Part shown: positions 30,058-39,601 of the stretch, one piece after another
How the letters are laid out: every line of letters starts with the position of its first letter
How positions within the stretch are numbered: the first letter of the stretch is position 1
Assembly: GCA_036479435.1 (NCBI GenBank)
Contig: JAZGFI010000117.1
Span: 1-64,000, forward strand
DNA length: 64,000 nt
From: Planctomycetota bacterium
GTDB lineage: Bacteria > Planctomycetota > GCA-002687715 > DRQF01
Direction of reading: 5' to 3'
Notes under the pieces: model-generated
Told to the model about the DNA's origin: nothing
The model's input: only the letters and a program-made list of their open reading frames with translations
Databases searched by the model: none
Made by a program: the position numbers and the translations under genes

Positions 30058-30384
30058 ATGCCTTATGTGGTGGGTGAACCTTGTGTCAACTGTAAGTACG
30101 GTGATTGCGTTACCGACTGCCCCGTAGATTGCTTCTACCAGAATGAAGAAATGCTGGTTATCAATCCGGATGAGTGCATCGAGTGTGGTCAGTGCTTGCC
30201 GCTGTGCCCGGTCGACGCCATCTTTGTTGACGATGACGGTCCCTCTGATGAGGAACTCTACGTGAACAAGACTCCGGATGACTACATCACGCTCGCTCAA
30301 GAGTTTGAGTACGACGATTCCAAGCACGTCACGACGAAAGAAGAAATCGATCACGGTCCCGAATGGGACGAGTCCAAGGCCTAG
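30058..30384 (+). CDS. Ferredoxin, 7Fe/FdxA type
   Basis: CVNCKYGDCVTDCPVDCF and CIECGQCLPLCPVDAI; GGAGG RBS. Confidence 0.93.
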   Translation: MPYVVGEPCVNCKYGDCVTDCPVDCFYQNEEMLVINPDECIECGQCLPLCPVDAIFVDDDGPSDEELYVNKTPDDYITLAQEFEYDDSKHVTTKEEIDHGPEWDESKA

Positions 30385-30402
30385 CCTGGGATTGAGTTGA
30401 TA

Positions 30403-30432
30403 GGACCGCAGCGCAAGCTGCGGTCCTTTTTT
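30403..30432 (+). terminator. Intrinsic terminator
   Basis: ggaccgcagc-gcaa-gctgcggtcc followed by tttttt. Confidence 0.9.
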
Positions 30433-30465
30433 GACTCCTGCCGCAGCCTGTGCTGCAGTCTTTTT

Positions 30466-30894
30466 TTATGCTCGCCGCAGCGAGATGAGTTCCTGGGCGA
30501 ACGCAAGGTAGGCGCCGCCAAAAACGAAGTGAATGGCAACCCGACCCGCCAAGGTTGTGAACTCGTCTCCCGCGCCTTTGCGAAAACAAAACTCAAGCAT
30601 GATCGCAGCGAACAAAAACAGCAGCATCATGAGCGCATAGGCGAATACCTGTGCCGCGGATCTTGCCGGCCGCTCAAGGTCTTTGTCGGCGGTCGCCGTA
30701 AAGACGCGAAGTGTTTCAAAGACGGTGCCGCCCACCAGCACGTAAAAAAAAGCCGTCCGAAAGTCCAACCAGGGCACATCGTGAGCCCACTGATCCGACG
30801 CGATCCACAGCGCGGCGGCGGCCCAAAGGACCGATGCCAGCGCTGATTCTCCTACTTTTTCGAGCCATTTGTGCTCTTCAGCCCATCGTGCCAT
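30466..30894 (-). CDS. Small four-TM membrane protein (candidate immunity protein)
   Basis: Four hydrophobic segments; directly downstream of 30915-31814. Confidence 0.65.
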   Translation of the reverse strand: MARWAEEHKWLEKVGESALASVLWAAAALWIASDQWAHDVPWLDFRTAFFYVLVGGTVFETLRVFTATADKDLERPARSAAQVFAYALMMLLFLFAAIMLEFCFRKGAGDEFTTLAGRVAIHFVFGGAYLAFAQELISLRRA

Positions 30895-30914
30895 GAATCG
30901 CGTCCCTTTCTTAT

Positions 30915-31814
30915 TCAACTACGAAGTTGATCGACAACTTCCCAAATCACACCGCCGATGAAGATCGCCCACCCGATGAAGGGAATGAACTTTGAGCTGA
31001 GCTTCGCGAGTATCTTACCCGAAGCTTGGCGTCCGAGATGCTTAGCGAGGGCTCGTGCAAAAGTCTTGCTGATGATCTTCCCCATCATGCGCTTGACGAT
31101 CCTTCCCGCCTTTCGGTACTTGCCGCGATCGACGGCCTTAGTGAGTTTCCCTGGCAGACTTCCGAGGACTTCTTTCACCGCCGCGATGAATCCTTTTTGT
31201 GCGGCGGGGCTAACGCCCAAGAGCGCCATGATCTTGACAATAAACAAGTTGACGTGTGGTCCGCTGACCATGTCAACGACGGTGGGGTCGAATAGCGCGA
31301 GGTATTGAGCACCGGTGCTGGCTTGGCCATCGGTAAATACCAACAGATGCGCGGCTTCGTTTGCCAGAAATTCGGCGTGCGTCGGCAAGGTGAGATCAAA
31401 AATGGGGATCTGCTCGCCGTAGACATCTTGGGTTTGCGCGAGGTCAATCCCCAAGATCTGACACCAATTCGCCAGGTCTTCGAGGCTATCGCGGTAGTAG
31501 TTGAACCCGTCCTCCGTGAGGCTTGGAATCGGGTACAACGCTGGATCGGGATAGTGATCCTCCATGCCATCGAGCAGGTTGGCGATAGCTGCCGTCGCTT
31601 CTTGCGGTGTCTGCACCGGGTCTTGGCCGTCGCCATCTTGATCTTGGAATCCGAAGGAGAGCCCCGCTGAATTTGGAACTTCCGTCAGATTTGCGGCAAC
31701 ACTCGGGTCCTCGGTATTGGCCCGACTAGGGCTGACCGAGTCCCCGAGAGCCGCCCACGTGCTCACTGCGAGCGTCATCGCCGCCACCACTTTCATCTTC
31801 GATACAAAATTCAT
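30915..31814 (-). CDS. Secreted protein with acidic N-terminal region and cationic amphipathic C-terminus (bacteriocin-precursor-like)
   Basis: Signal peptide, D/E-rich middle, K/R-rich helices ending KFIPFIGWAIFIGGVIWEV. Confidence 0.65.
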   Translation of the reverse strand: MNFVSKMKVVAAMTLAVSTWAALGDSVSPSRANTEDPSVAANLTEVPNSAGLSFGFQDQDGDGQDPVQTPQEATAAIANLLDGMEDHYPDPALYPIPSLTEDGFNYYRDSLEDLANWCQILGIDLAQTQDVYGEQIPIFDLTLPTHAEFLANEAAHLLVFTDGQASTGAQYLALFDPTVVDMVSGPHVNLFIVKIMALLGVSPAAQKGFIAAVKEVLGSLPGKLTKAVDRGKYRKAGRIVKRMMGKIISKTFARALAKHLGRQASGKILAKLSSKFIPFIGWAIFIGGVIWEVVDQLRS

Positions 31815-32009
31815 GATGATTCACTTTCTTTACAATCGCCTGGAGCCAGCGGTGTCTTCAACTGCATAGACGTCACTTTTTGGCGACAGGACCGCAGGGA
31901 GGAGTGATTTTGTCGGGCTGAGCATTTCTTTTCGTTCGGGCTCATGCCTCGAATAAGTGGTCGCGCGTCGTTAAAAGGGGTGACACCAGATTCGCCGGGG
32001 AAGAACGCC

Positions 32010-33572
32010 ATGAAGAAGCTTGAGAATTACCTCCAAGACCGCTGGATTTCCGGAGAGGGAAGCCAGGCGACCCTCCTCGATCCCGCCACCGGGGAGGCCT
32101 TGGCCGAAACGAGCACGGCTGGCCTTGATTTCGCGGCGGCGCTCAAGCACTCCAGAGAGCTTGGGGGTCGGGCCTTGAGAGCCATGACCTTCGCCGAACG
32201 CGGCAAGCTTTTGATGGCCATGAGTCGAGCGATTCACGCCGAACGCGAGGCCCTCATCGACGTGTCGATGAAAAACGGTGGCAACACTCGCGGCGACGCG
32301 AAGTTTGATATCGACGGGGGCACGGGCACTTTGGCGGTTTATGCCAAGTTGGGCGAGAAACTCGGTGATACGCGTCACTGGTTAGATGGCGAGGCCGAAG
32401 ACATGGGGGCGAGTTCCCGCATGCAGGGCCGCCACCTTCGTGTGCCGCGCCGTGGTTTGGCGATTCACCTCAATGCCTTCAATTTCCCCGCCTGGGGCAT
32501 GCTCGAAAAAGTCGCTTGCGCGTTTCTCGCGGGCGTTCCGGTCATCAGCAAGCCGTCCACGAACACTTGCTTGCTCGCGCATCGAATTGTCGAGGTCTTG
32601 GTGGATTCGAAGGTGCTCCCTGATGGGGCCTTTGGACTGGTCTGCGGAAGTGCCGGTGATCTTTTGGATCACGTCGGCTTCCAAGATTGCATTGCCTTCA
32701 CGGGTTCGGCGCGGACGGGCAACATCATCCGCACCCATCCTGCCGTGTTGCGGTCGGGGGCTCGCGTGAACGTCGAAGCCGACAGTCTGAACGCCGCGGT
32801 CTTAGGCCCGGACGTCGAAGTGGATACCGACACTTTTGATTTGTTTCTCCGCGACGTGACGACCGAAATCCGCCAGAAGGCCGGACAGAAATGCACGGCC
32901 ATTCGCCGCGTTTTGGTGCCGAAGGAGAAGATGGCGGCGGTCAAAGAGAAGCTCGCCGAACAACTTCAGGGCACAGTGGTGGGGGTTCCCGGCGCCGACA
33001 AAGTGCGCATGGGGCCACTATCTGGTCCGCGCCAGCTTGAAGACGCGCGGGCGAATCTCGCCCGACTTCGCGAAGTCGCGGAAGTCGTCTATGGCGACCC
33101 CGATGCGAGCGATTTCGTCGGCGACGAGGAAGGCAAGGGCGCTTTCATGCCCATCTTGGTCTTAGAGGCCGCCGATGCGCGCAAGGCGGCAGCGGTGCAT
33201 GAAGTCGAGTGCTTCGGGCCGGTCACAACCTTGATGCCCTACGACGGTAGCGCGGACGATGGTGCCGCTATTGTGGCGCTCGGCGAAGGCAGCCTCGTGA
33301 CGACTTTCTACAGTGACGATCGAAAGTTCGCGGCTGAGTTCATCGAAGCCTGTGCTTCTTACCAAGGCCGATTGGTGTGGGGGTCAGAACGTGTTGCCGC
33401 CGCGGCGCCGACGCCGGGAGTGGTGTTGCCCAATTTCTTGCACGGCGGGCCGGGTCGCGCCGGCGGCGGCGAGGAGCTGGGTGGTTTGCGCGGGCTTGAG
33501 TTTTACTCCCAACGCGTCGCGGTCCAAGGTTTCGGACCTTTGCTGGATCGCTTCTTTGGGGTGAAGAAGTAG
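32010..33572 (+). CDS. 3,4-dehydroadipyl-CoA semialdehyde dehydrogenase / PaaZ N-domain-like ALDH
   Basis: FDIDGG, NAFNFPAWG, FTGSA, EADSLN, GQKCTAIRR, HGGPGRAGGGEELGG. Confidence 0.9.
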   Translation: MKKLENYLQDRWISGEGSQATLLDPATGEALAETSTAGLDFAAALKHSRELGGRALRAMTFAERGKLLMAMSRAIHAEREALIDVSMKNGGNTRGDAKFDIDGGTGTLAVYAKLGEKLGDTRHWLDGEAEDMGASSRMQGRHLRVPRRGLAIHLNAFNFPAWGMLEKVACAFLAGVPVISKPSTNTCLLAHRIVEVLVDSKVLPDGAFGLVCGSAGDLLDHVGFQDCIAFTGSARTGNIIRTHPAVLRSGARVNVEADSLNAAVLGPDVEVDTDTFDLFLRDVTTEIRQKAGQKCTAIRRVLVPKEKMAAVKEKLAEQLQGTVVGVPGADKVRMGPLSGPRQLEDARANLARLREVAEVVYGDPDASDFVGDEEGKGAFMPILVLEAADARKAAAVHEVECFGPVTTLMPYDGSADDGAAIVALGEGSLVTTFYSDDRKFAAEFIEACASYQGRLVWGSERVAAAAPTPGVVLPNFLHGGPGRAGGGEELGGLRGLEFYSQRVAVQGFGPLLDRFFGVKK

Positions 33573-33600
33573 GCCTGAGAAAAGCGCGTTCCTGAGATAG

Positions 33601-33640
33601 AAAAAAACGAGCCGATGGCGAAGGCCATCAGCTCGTTTTT
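33601..33640. terminator. Bidirectional terminator between the ALDH gene and tRNA-Sec
   Basis: aaaaaaacgagccgatggc-gaag-gccatcagctcgttttt. Confidence 0.85.
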
Positions 33641-33643
33641 GTT

Positions 33644-33741
33644 TGGCGGGAGTGCATGGGAATCGAACCCACCGAACGAGTTATTTGCTCGTTCCACCGG
33701 ATTTGAAATCCGAACCCGGCACCAGCACGAGAACCACTCCC
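33644..33741 (-). tRNA. selC: tRNA-Sec (anticodon UCA)
   Basis: Reverse complement GGGAGTGG...CGGATTTCAAATCCG, long variable arm GAACGAGC/CTCGTTC, GTTCGATTCC, ending CACTCCCGCCA; adjacent to selD/selA. Confidence 0.95.
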
Positions 33742-33810
33742 TCTGATTGTCTGCTGCGCATGTTTCTAAGGCATTGTCCTTCGGGGCGCAAGCGCCGGCC
33801 GAAAGGCCCC

Positions 33811-34857
33811 TTAGCGAATTCGCACGATGGCCTCGTCCTCGGCTTTGACGACCGTGCCAATTCGGGCCGCTTCTTCGAGTCCCTCGGACTTCATGCCGGC
33901 AAGGACTTTTTCGACTTGGTCTTCAGGCAAAGCGACGAGGAGGCCTCCAGATGTCTGAGGGTCAAACAAAAGTTCTTCGGACCAGCGATCGAGGTCGGTC
34001 TCAATGCGGGCAGCTGTGCCGACGTATTCCCGGCTTTCGCGAGCTCCGCGGGTGCAATATTGCTCCTGGAAGTAGTCTTCGACGCCCTTGATGCGAGGTA
34101 CGCTCGCGGCGTCGATGAGAAGGGCCGCGCCGCTTTTCTCCACCAATTCCCGGGCGTGGCCGATCAAGCCAAAGCCGGTGATGTCGGTCGCGGCCGAGAC
34201 CGAAGCTTCCAACAAGTACTCAAGACCCTTGCCGTTTAAAGTGGTCATCCAGCGAATGGCCTCTTGGACGGTGGGGCCATTGTCCTTTGAAAGCTTGGTG
34301 GCGCTCGTGATGATTCCGGTGCCGATTGGCTTGGTCAGGATGAGAGCATCCCCGATGCGAACTTTGCCGTTCGCCCAAATGTGGTCGGGGTGGACTTCGC
34401 CGGTGACGGCTAAGCCGTATTTGATCTCGGCATCCTCCACCGAGTGGCCGCCGCCGATGAGGGCTCCTGCTTCTTTCACCTTGCGTGCGCCGCCTTCGAG
34501 GATGGCGCCCAAGATATCGAGCGAGAGTTGTTTTGACGGAAAACCCACGATATTGAGAGCCACGAGGGGCCGGCCGCCCATGGCGAAGACGTCGGATAGG
34601 GCGTTGGCCGCAGCGACTTCTCCGAACTGGTAGGGATCGTCGACCATCGGCGGGAAAAAGTCAGTGGTCATCACCAGGGCGCGGTCGTCACTGATTTTAT
34701 AAACCGCCGCGTCATCGGCACCCCCAAAACCCACTAAGAGATTCGGATCGTCGCTTCGTTCAATACGTCCCAAGACCTGGGACAAACCCTCCGGGGAGAG
34801 CTTGGCCGCTCAGCCGCCAGAACTTGCGTATTCGGTGAGCCGGATGTCTTGGCTCAT
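33811..34857 (-). CDS. selD: Selenide, water dikinase; selenoprotein with Sec at TGA 34810-34812
   Basis: MSQDIRLTEYASSGG-U-AAKLSPEGL in frame with DDAAV, DFFPP, AANALSD, GGHS, TDITGFGL, DPQTSGGLL. Confidence 0.95.
34780..34807 (-). promoter_or_regulatory. Putative SECIS hairpin of selD
   Basis: CAAGCUCUC-CCCG-GAGGGUUUG stem-loop just 3' of the in-frame UGA. Confidence 0.55.
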
Positions 34858-36272
34858 GACGCGTCCTCCGACAAGATTTCGATGAGCGCTTGCTCAACGA
34901 TGGCTTCGTCGCCATCGCGCATCGTCCTGAGGTCGAACAAGATTCGATCGTCCTGAATTCGGGGAAAAATTGAAATCGGGCGCTGGCGGAGAGCGCGGGC
35001 AATCTTGTCGGCGCTGTGGCCTACAGGTTGTACCGCCAAACAGCGCGTTGGAATTTGGAAAGTTGGCAAGCTGCCGGCGCCGAGTTGGCTTGTGGACTCA
35101 ATCACTTCAGGTTTAGCCGCGTCGGGAAGGATCTTCTTAAGACGTTTCACAAAGACCTCGGCTTTTTTTTGTAGCCCGTCAACTCCCGCCGTCAACATGC
35201 CTAAAGTTGGGACACGTTGGAGCACGGTTTCAGGTTCAAGATAGAGTTTGAGAGTGCTTTCCAAGGCAATGCAGGTGAGCTTGTCGATGCGAAGCGCCCG
35301 CGCCATGTGGTTGGAGCGGATGCGTTCGATCCAGGCTTTTTTGCCGACGATAATCCCGGCCTGGGGACCGCCCACTAATTTGTCACCCGAAAAGCAGATG
35401 ACATCCGCTTGTGCTTTTACACTCGCTTGCACCGGAGGGTTGTCGCTGATGCCCCAGGGGCTGAGATCGATCAGACTTCCAGACCCGAGATCGTCGATGA
35501 CCGGAATGTCGTGCTTTTTTCCCAAGGCCACCATGTCTTCGATGCCGACATGCTCGACAAACCCGATGATCTTGTAGTTGCTCGTATGGACGAGCATCAG
35601 CGCTCCAGTTTCTTCGTGGATTGCGCGCTCATAGTCGTAGACGTAGGACTTGTTGGTTGTGCCGACTTCACGAAGTTTACAGCCGCTCATTTCCATGACA
35701 TCAGGGAGGCGGAATGAACCCCCGATCTCGACCATCTGGGAACGCGACACGATGACGTCTTTGTCCTTCGCCAAAGTGTTGAGAATGATCATGGTGGCGG
35801 CCGCGTTGTTGTTGACCACGATGGCCGCCTCCGCGCCGGTGAGCTCGCAGAGCAAGTCCTCACAAAAGGCGTCGCGCTTGCGCCGGTTGCCGTCTTCTTT
35901 GGCGACCTCGAGCAGATTGTAGCGCTCGGCGGTGGAGATCTCGGCGATGGCGGCGGCCGGCAAGACGGCGCGGCCGAGCCCCGAGTGCAAAATGATCCCG
36001 GTTGCGTTGACCACGCGGCAAGTGCGAGATCGCGGCCAAGCCTCCAAGGCGATTTCTAATTCCCTCAAAATCGCGTCCATTCCTGGGGCGAGCTCTCGCG
36101 ACCCGGACAGCAAGTCGCTACGGACAGATTGAAGGAGGGTGCGGGCGAGGTGGCCGATCAAAGTGGGAGAGACCTTTTTGGAGGTCTTTCGAGCGTGTGC
36201 TTCGATGATCGCGCCAACCGCCGGTAAGGACCGCAATCGTTGCTGGAGTTCGGACTTGGGACTCGCGGACAA
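34854..36272 (-). CDS. selA: L-seryl-tRNA(Sec) selenium transferase
   Basis: VNATGIILHSGLGRA, VNNNAAA, EIGGSFR, EVGTTN, DLGSG, FSGDKLVGGPQAG; AGGAGG RBS before TTG. Confidence 0.97.
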   Translation of the reverse strand: MSASPKSELQQRLRSLPAVGAIIEAHARKTSKKVSPTLIGHLARTLLQSVRSDLLSGSRELAPGMDAILRELEIALEAWPRSRTCRVVNATGIILHSGLGRAVLPAAAIAEISTAERYNLLEVAKEDGNRRKRDAFCEDLLCELTGAEAAIVVNNNAAATMIILNTLAKDKDVIVSRSQMVEIGGSFRLPDVMEMSGCKLREVGTTNKSYVYDYERAIHEETGALMLVHTSNYKIIGFVEHVGIEDMVALGKKHDIPVIDDLGSGSLIDLSPWGISDNPPVQASVKAQADVICFSGDKLVGGPQAGIIVGKKAWIERIRSNHMARALRIDKLTCIALESTLKLYLEPETVLQRVPTLGMLTAGVDGLQKKAEVFVKRLKKILPDAAKPEVIESTSQLGAGSLPTFQIPTRCLAVQPVGHSADKIARALRQRPISIFPRIQDDRILFDLRTMRDGDEAIVEQALIEILSEDAS

Positions 36273-36507
36273 AAAACGCCTCCTGTTCGTCGTCAGGGCC
36301 TATGAATGTAAGCTCATCATGACGGCCTTGGCCATGGATGCCAAGCCGGTCCCGGGTCCTTGAACCGTGGAACGCCGCGAGGCCGGCAGAAATTGCGTTT
36401 TCTTCCTATCCTCTGATGGGCTCCCTTCATAGGATCGTCGCGGATAACCGATAGGATGGATCGAAGTGATCCCTTTTTCGGGGGATCCGCAGGGAGATTT
36501 GAGCGAC

Positions 36508-37278
36508 ATGCCCACCTTAATCCGTCGGATTTCGCAGGTTACGGCCTTGCTGGCCACGTTTTGGCTCGTTGCCGGCTGCCAGGGCACGGGGGACCGTCTT
36601 GAGGTCCCAACGCCGAGCGCCGACCGATTTGCGGGCATGACCCTTAGTTGCCTCTACGCGACGTCAATCAATCACATCGTTGCAGGCGGTTGGCTCGACG
36701 GCAAAGATGGCAGCGTCGAGGCGATCATCGTCCGGAGCTGGAACGGCGGCAAAACCTGGAAGCGGATTGGCTCCGAAACCTGGGATCAGCGCGATTTCAT
36801 CGTGCAGAACCTCCATTTCAACGATCGCATTCGGGGCTGGGCCTCGGGTTTGCGCATTCTCGAAACCGGCCCGGTCGCGACCGTCGCCCGCACCGAAGAC
36901 GGTGGTGGGCACTGGCGAGAATCCGTCATTCCTGAATCTCGCGCCTCATTTGTGTCGAACACCCGAGAGCTCGTGTTTGTGACCGACAGTGTTGGTGCCG
37001 TCGAAATCGTCTTTGAAGACCACGACACCGGCGAGTTTTTGGCCAACGTCTACACCACGAGCGACGGTGGCCGGAATTGGATCATCGATAGCTTCAAAGA
37101 GCAGGCTGAGGACGACATCACGGACCCCGCGATCTCGTTTTTCTCGGAGAGCCAGGGTTATCGCCTTTCGAGCCCTAACGAAGATGGGGTGCAGACGGTG
37201 GAATACACCGTGACAAAGGGCGAAACTTGGGTTGTCGTCGCTTCCCTCCACCTTCAGCGTTTTTCAGAATTCTATTAG
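36508..37278 (+). CDS. Lipoprotein with BNR/Ycf48-like repeats
   Basis: Lipobox [35 protein letters not shown]. Confidence 0.8.
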   Translation: MPTLIRRISQVTALLATFWLVAGCQGTGDRLEVPTPSADRFAGMTLSCLYATSINHIVAGGWLDGKDGSVEAIIVRSWNGGKTWKRIGSETWDQRDFIVQNLHFNDRIRGWASGLRILETGPVATVARTEDGGGHWRESVIPESRASFVSNTRELVFVTDSVGAVEIVFEDHDTGEFLANVYTTSDGGRNWIIDSFKEQAEDDITDPAISFFSESQGYRLSSPNEDGVQTVEYTVTKGETWVVVASLHLQRFSEFY

Positions 37279-37338
37279 CCGACACTTAGAGTTGATGGGC
37301 TAGCCTTCCTTGCGGATAATCCGCGACGCAATTCAAAA

Positions 37339-37412
37339 CGGGGTGTAGCGCAGCCTGGCAGCGCATCTGCTTTGGGAGCAGAGGGTCGGAGGTTCGAATC
37401 CTCTCACCCCGA
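37339..37412 (+). tRNA. tRNA-Pro (UGG)
   Basis: CGGGGTGTAGCGCAGCCTGG...TCTGCTTTGGGAGCAGA...GGTTCGAATCCTCTCACCCCGA; CCA not encoded. Confidence 0.95.
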
Positions 37413-37447
37413 CTTGTCCCAGTACTCTCTGACGAGAACGATCCGTC

Positions 37448-38479
37448 ATGGCGAGGAGAAATGGGCTTTTGCTCATCAACTTGGGCACGCCAGATTCGAC
37501 GGACGTCGAGGACGTTCGTCAGTTTCTGAGCGAGTTTTTGGGCGATCCTCTGGTTTTGGGGGGATTCAGCCTCAGCCGCAAGGCACTGGTGAATCTCCTC
37601 ATTTGCCCGCTGCGCGGCCCTCGGTCGGCGGCGGCCTACGAAAAAGTCTGGACTGAGGCCGGTTCTCCCATCGCCGTTCACGGTCGCGAGCTGCGCGACA
37701 AGGTCGCGGCAGCCCTCCCCAACACCGTCGTCACTTTGGCTATGCGCTACCGCGTGCCCTCCATCGCCGCTGCTTTGGCCGAGCTTCGGGCTCAAGGTGC
37801 CGATTCTTTGGTGGTCTTGCCGCTATTTCCCCAGTTTTCGTCTTCGACCACCGAATCCATCATCCAGGATCTTAGTGCACGGCATCAGCGGATGGGCCGT
37901 CCCTTCGCTCTGAAGTTCATCCGAGATTTCTACGAGCATCCCGCGTTCATCGAGGCTGCGGCCGCCGTGGCTCGACCGATCCTCGACCGTTTCCAGCCCG
38001 ACCTTCTGCTCATGAGCTACCACGGGGTCCCGGAAGACTACCTTCGCAAAGACGATCCCAGCGGAAGCCGCTGCCTGTGGTCGGCCGAATGTTGTGACAG
38101 CATCGACGAGGTCAACCGTTCCTGCTACCGCGCGCAATGCTTCGCGACTTCCCGCGCCCTCGCTAAGGCCTTGGCGCTCGACGAAGAATCATGGTGCGCG
38201 ACTTTTCAGTCGCAGTTTGGTCCCAAGACTTGGACCGGCCCCGCCACCGCCAAGGTCATCGAAGACTTGCCGTCTAGGGGCATAAAAAAACTCGCGGTGA
38301 TCTGCCCGGCCTTTGCCGCAGATTGTCTCGAAACCTTGGAGGAAGTTGGGATGGGCCTGAAGATAGCCTTCATTGAAAACGGCGGTGAATCTTTCGAACT
38401 CATCCCCTGCGTCAACGCTCACGAGGCTTGGGTTGATGGGGTCGTTCAATTATTCCAGGAGTCTCTTGGCGCTGGCTGA
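37448..38479 (+). CDS. hemH: Ferrochelatase
   Basis: LINLGTP, AMRY, PLFPQ, SYHGVP, FQSQFG, DCLETLEE. Confidence 0.95.
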   Translation: MARRNGLLLINLGTPDSTDVEDVRQFLSEFLGDPLVLGGFSLSRKALVNLLICPLRGPRSAAAYEKVWTEAGSPIAVHGRELRDKVAAALPNTVVTLAMRYRVPSIAAALAELRAQGADSLVVLPLFPQFSSSTTESIIQDLSARHQRMGRPFALKFIRDFYEHPAFIEAAAAVARPILDRFQPDLLLMSYHGVPEDYLRKDDPSGSRCLWSAECCDSIDEVNRSCYRAQCFATSRALAKALALDEESWCATFQSQFGPKTWTGPATAKVIEDLPSRGIKKLAVICPAFAADCLETLEEVGMGLKIAFIENGGESFELIPCVNAHEAWVDGVVQLFQESLGAG

Positions 38480-38750
38480 ACCAAGCCCAGGTGATTCGGC
38501 ACTAATCCGCTGGATCTTTAAACCCTAGAACGCTGTGGCGTGTTAGTCGACGATCAAAAACTCAAGGTCGTGTTTAGCGAACAACGCGAGCATTTTTCAA
38601 TCATGGTCTGAGAATACCAGACCTCAATTCTACCGAGGTCAAAACCTAGTCCGGCCTGAGAGAGTAGAGATGGTTGTAGCTGCGGAGGATGGACTCTAAG
38701 ATCCAGGCTACTTTGCCTACCCCAAGAAGCTTTTTCGCCTGATGCAGATC

Positions 38751-38786
38751 AAAAAAAAGAGGCCCATGTCTTGCAACATGGACCCC
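38751..38786 (-). terminator. Intrinsic terminator downstream of the ECF sigma gene
   Basis: Minus strand GGTCCATGT-TGCAAG-ACATGGGCC then TCTTTTTTTT. Confidence 0.75.
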
Positions 38787-38892
38787 AGTCAAAAACTTCG
38801 CTTCTTGCCCTCTCTGGCACGGCGCAATGACTTGAGGGGAGGCGGTGTCGATACCGGAGCGAAAAAAACTACTTTTGTGGCAGAGGTGCGAG

Positions 38893-39492
38893 TCAGGCGA
38901 GAAAGTCGTCAATCGTGCCGAGTCGCAGAGAAAGCAGGAAGGCCTGGAGGCGTTCACTGGCAGCCTTGCAGCGTTTTCGCGCCGCGTCTTCGCTAATCCC
39001 AAGTTCTCGACCGATATCAGAGTAGGACACCCGGTCGGCATGCCGGCGGATGTGGATGCGTCGTTCTTCGGGCCCCAAGAGTTCATAGCCCAGCCGGATC
39101 GCGGCGTCGCGCTCACGAGCACTCAGTTCTTCGTCGGGTCGGCGTGATTTTGAGAGATCGAGAAGGGCCTCGTGTCCGCCGCTTTCTTTGAAGATTTCGC
39201 GTTTTCTGGATTCGAACCATTTGTGCTTATCACTGATGGTGGATTCGACGATGCGTGACATCAAGGCCCTAAACTGAGCGCCATTCGCGGGGATGACACG
39301 CGGCCCGTTGCGTAGAAAGTTCAGGACTGCATCCTGTGCAATGTCACGTGACTCCAACTTTGAGCGCAGCCGCGACCCCAGCCTCATGCGCGCCAGGCCC
39401 CGGATGCGGCTCATATGGCGTTTGAGCAGGTCGTCAAGTGCCTGCCCGTTGCCGTCGCGCCATTCAATTAAAAGCTGTGTTGTGCGCGACAT
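38893..39492 (-). CDS. ECF-type RNA polymerase sigma-70 factor
   Basis: TTQLL...[24 protein letters not shown], region 4 [20 protein letters not shown]. Confidence 0.88.
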   Translation of the reverse strand: MSRTTQLLIEWRDGNGQALDDLLKRHMSRIRGLARMRLGSRLRSKLESRDIAQDAVLNFLRNGPRVIPANGAQFRALMSRIVESTISDKHKWFESRKREIFKESGGHEALLDLSKSRRPDEELSARERDAAIRLGYELLGPEERRIHIRRHADRVSYSDIGRELGISEDAARKRCKAASERLQAFLLSLRLGTIDDFLA

Positions 39493-39601
39493 CGAGACCT
39501 TCCTCCGTTCCCTAAGTTGGTTCGAAGGAAATCTGCTAACATTTGCTCCGGTTTCGGCATTTAGCTCCCTTAGCTCGTTGTCCACTGGCTTGGAGTCTCC
39601 A

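Noticed and set aside
33643..34239. 198-aa plus-strand ORF
   Set aside because: Antisense to tRNA-Sec and selD.
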